Assembly: GCA_016721875.1 (NCBI GenBank)
Contig: JADKHG010000008.1
Location: 24,390-88,389 of the forward strand
Length of the DNA stretch: 64,000 bases
From: Sphingomonadales bacterium
Lineage (GTDB): Bacteria > Pseudomonadota > Alphaproteobacteria > Sphingomonadales > Sphingomonadaceae
Direction: 5' to 3'
A model generated the notes under the pieces. That model had not been told where the DNA came from. It worked only from the letters and a program-made list of their open reading frames with translations, and searched no databases. Of the stretch, positions 61,666 through 64,000 are shown piece by piece. Position 1 is the stretch's first letter. Each line of letters begins with the position of its first letter. The translations under genes and the position numbers were made by a program.

Positions 61666-62727
61666 TCAGGGCGCAGCCGCCTTTATCGCGTCGAGAATAT
61701 TGCGATAGGGTGCGGCATTGTTATCGCCCGGATCAAGGAACAACCCCGCCATTGCCGCCCCTTTTGGCGTTTTCAGGCATAATGTCCGTTCGGGGTCTTT
61801 GCCTGCCAATATGACCGGGCCGACCTGCCAGCCGCTGGCTACGTTGATCGCCGGTTTGGCTTCCTCGGCGGCGTTTCGCGGTTGCTTGTTCAGCGCATCG
61901 AACATCATCTTGCAGTCGATATTCGCGCCGTAAGCCAGTTCCATGTCGGCAGAGGGCAGCGAAGGAGCAAGGCGGTTGAGCATGTCGGCATGTTCAGTGG
62001 TGTTGGTCAACCACACCGTGCCGTCGTCGGGCAGCATGATTTCAAATCCGACCTTTGCCAGTTTCAGCTTTCGAACAGCCGACAGCTTGCCGCGATTCTT
62101 GATGATCGCTTTTTGCGATACGCCGCTACGGTCATAGGTTTTGGCGTCATAGGCGCGTGAGGCAGCGGCGAGAACCTTTGCGCTGGTGATCGCCTTTAAT
62201 CCATTCTCGCGGCTGTTAGCGGGCGGGTTTTCGATCATGAAACGGTAAAGCAGAAAGGCGCGCCCGTCGTCTTCGGTGCGGCACATCACGACTGTCGGTT
62301 TTTGCCCCAGCGTATTTTTGAAATCAAACATACCGCCGCGTAGCTTCCAGCTCTTGCCCCAGAAATTGGCGTCGGCGGCCCAGGGTTGCAACAAGCTGAC
62401 GGTTGCCAGCACTGCGTCGCAGCCTTTCGCATCATAATAACCGGTGAGTATCCAATAGCCATTGTGCAATTTGCCGGTCTTGGGATCGAAATCATCAATC
62501 ACATCGCGGCCTTCGTAGACGGTGCCTGCATCGTTCAAGGAGAAGCTGCCGCTGACCTTATATTGCAGCGTCTTGTCGGCTGGCAGGTTGATGACCAGTC
62601 CGCTCATCGGCAGTGTGGTGGTGCCCGATGCAACGGTTTTGGTCTGGGCAGATGCAGGCGCCGAAACTGTCACAGCGGCGGAAAAAGCGAACAGCATGGA
62701 TGCGGAAATGGAAAAGCGGATCGTCAC
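61666..62727 (-). CDS. secreted hypothetical protein
   Basis: Start set at GTG 62727 (AAGG 7 nt upstream), giving signal peptide VTIRFSISASMLFAFSAAVTVSAPASA. No recognised domain. The ORF extends to 62874. Confidence 0.5.
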   Translation of the reverse strand: MTIRFSISASMLFAFSAAVTVSAPASAQTKTVASGTTTLPMSGLVINLPADKTLQYKVSGSFSLNDAGTVYEGRDVIDDFDPKTGKLHNGYWILTGYYDAKGCDAVLATVSLLQPWAADANFWGKSWKLRGGMFDFKNTLGQKPTVVMCRTEDDGRAFLLYRFMIENPPANSRENGLKAITSAKVLAAASRAYDAKTYDRSGVSQKAIIKNRGKLSAVRKLKLAKVGFEIMLPDDGTVWLTNTTEHADMLNRLAPSLPSADMELAYGANIDCKMMFDALNKQPRNAAEEAKPAINVASGWQVGPVILAGKDPERTLCLKTPKGAAMAGLFLDPGDNNAAPYRNILDAIKAAAP

Positions 62728-62830
62728 AAAATTACCTTTCGGCAGCAGTTGACCCGCCCTGCGAATGGCATTTTTGAAAGGAGGAGGCAAGCGGGCTTTT
62801 TGCCATTTTGATAGCGTTAAAGCCCCGACC

Positions 62831-63499
62831 CTAGCTGGCCTTGCGCTTCGCTTCTTTTTTGGCAGTGCGATCAAGCTCGGCGAGCAGTCTGCCCGACAGA
62901 CGGAAGGCAGGAGCGGCGGCTTTGGCCTTTGCGGGTGCGGGCAGGTTCGCCTTGGCCGGAGTCAGCGCCTGCACCACCGCGCCCGGCTTCACCAGCGATG
63001 CGACGGCCATGCGCATGTCCTTTTCGGGGCGGGCTTTTGCAGGATAGATGAAGCCATGCGCCGGCCACTCGGTCGTGCCAAGCGCTGCATTGGGGGTGTA
63101 CCATACACGCACCCGGCTCCAGTCATTGGCTTCGGACACATCGACCACGCGCACGTCATTTTCGATATGACCGCGAATGCCATTGATCGTTGACCAGTTG
63201 GCATGGCTGACCAAGATCGTGCGCTTGTCGAGGATGCGCCGCACCGCTGCGACATGGCCCAGCCGCATAGCGCCATGCGGGCGGAAGGCGAGCACTGCGC
63301 CTGCTCGCGGCGTGTTACCTCTGACATAGCGCCCTTCGGCCTGCCCCCACCATGTGTGCGCATCGCCACGGATTTCGACCCCCGACAGCGCACGCGCATA
63401 GGGGACGCATTGCAGCCCTTCGTTCAGGGCCGCCGCCGGGCTTGCCAACAATAGCAGTGCAAGGATCGCCATTCGCATGACGGTGTTGATAATGTCCAT
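62831..63499 (-). CDS. CHAP domain-containing secreted protein
   Basis: Signal peptide. Catalytic-type LQCVPYAR ... GHVAAV ... SHANW. Lys/Ala-rich tail. Confidence 0.7.
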   Translation of the reverse strand: MDIINTVMRMAILALLLLASPAAALNEGLQCVPYARALSGVEIRGDAHTWWGQAEGRYVRGNTPRAGAVLAFRPHGAMRLGHVAAVRRILDKRTILVSHANWSTINGIRGHIENDVRVVDVSEANDWSRVRVWYTPNAALGTTEWPAHGFIYPAKARPEKDMRMAVASLVKPGAVVQALTPAKANLPAPAKAKAAAPAFRLSGRLLAELDRTAKKEAKRKAS

Positions 63500-63661
63500 C
63501 GGTCAAGCCCCGGCTAAGCGCTGTGGTTAACGGCGGGGTAAGCATTTCATCCGCGTTTTTACGGCATTTGATGGGGCGGCGGTGATCGATTTGTCGAAAT
63601 TGCTGAAATGATATGTTGTAACCTGTCGAGCGCTGTGCCAAATGAGATGTTAGAGAATCAC

Positions 63662-64000
63662 ATGACGGCATTGATCGCATCAGGGTGGCGCACTTGGCGC
63701 TGGGATGGGCTTGGAATCGGGCTTGCCGGTCTGTGCCTGGTGCATTGCCTTGCTACGTCAGTGATATTGGCACTGGTCGCGTCGGCGGGCGTTTTGCTGT
63801 TTGACCCGATTGTGCATGAAATCGGATTGGGGCTGGCGATCATTTTTGGCTCGCTCGCACTGATTAAGGGTGTGTTTCAGCATGGCTTTATCATGCCTGC
63901 CGCGATCGGCGCATTGGGCATTGGCGTGATGGCGGGAGCGCTGACGTTGCCGCATGGCGGTGGTGAGATAGTCTACACGATTTTCGGCGTATCGATCCTC
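63662..64000 (+). CDS. MerC-like membrane protein (3' end outside the window)
   Basis: Not in the track because there is no stop. ATG 63662 opens 113 codons to the window end: MTALIASGWRTWRWDGLGIGLAGLCLVHCLATSVILALV..., 3-4 TM with a CLVHC motif. Confidence 0.45.
   Translation, partial: MTALIASGWRTWRWDGLGIGLAGLCLVHCLATSVILALVASAGVLLFDPIVHEIGLGLAIIFGSLALIKGVFQHGFIMPAAIGALGIGVMAGALTLPHGGGEIVYTIFGVSIL

Overview
High-GC alphaproteobacterial chromosomal window. It looks Sphingomonadales-like, judged only from gene content, synteny and protein sequences read by eye; no database search was run. Core blocks: the cytochrome oxidase assembly cluster ctaB-ctaG-ctaE-DUF983-SURF1 (10-3584), infC, thrS, gloA/gloB, guaA, hemC-hemD divergent from tsaD-gpsA, rtcB and uvrB. 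Three patches look lower in G+C (not computed). (1) 22.6-38.9 kb holds TonB receptor-LysR-DadA-like-GGT, then orphan secreted proteins, including a CVNH lectin, around an ECF sigma / Ser-Thr kinase pair. (2) 38.9-44.4 kb holds UbiE-like, MAPEG, AraC, asparaginase-like and TetR-CYP153-like P450 genes. (3) 59.25-60.3 kb holds a SeqA-N-like/DUF4357-like gene followed by HigBA. Unusual points: 13 genes have broken reading frames, mostly at short homopolymers. There is a dense hot spot at 51.2-53.7 kb that includes an internal loss of about 0.2 kb in gpsA. An 81-nt tRNA-like element lies directly upstream of rtcB. Two inverted copies of a MITE-like palindromic element bracket a ggt gene. Several perfect palindromes and repeated 9-mers sit in promoter regions. 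I recognised no rRNA, canonical tRNA, CRISPR array, transposase or integrase.
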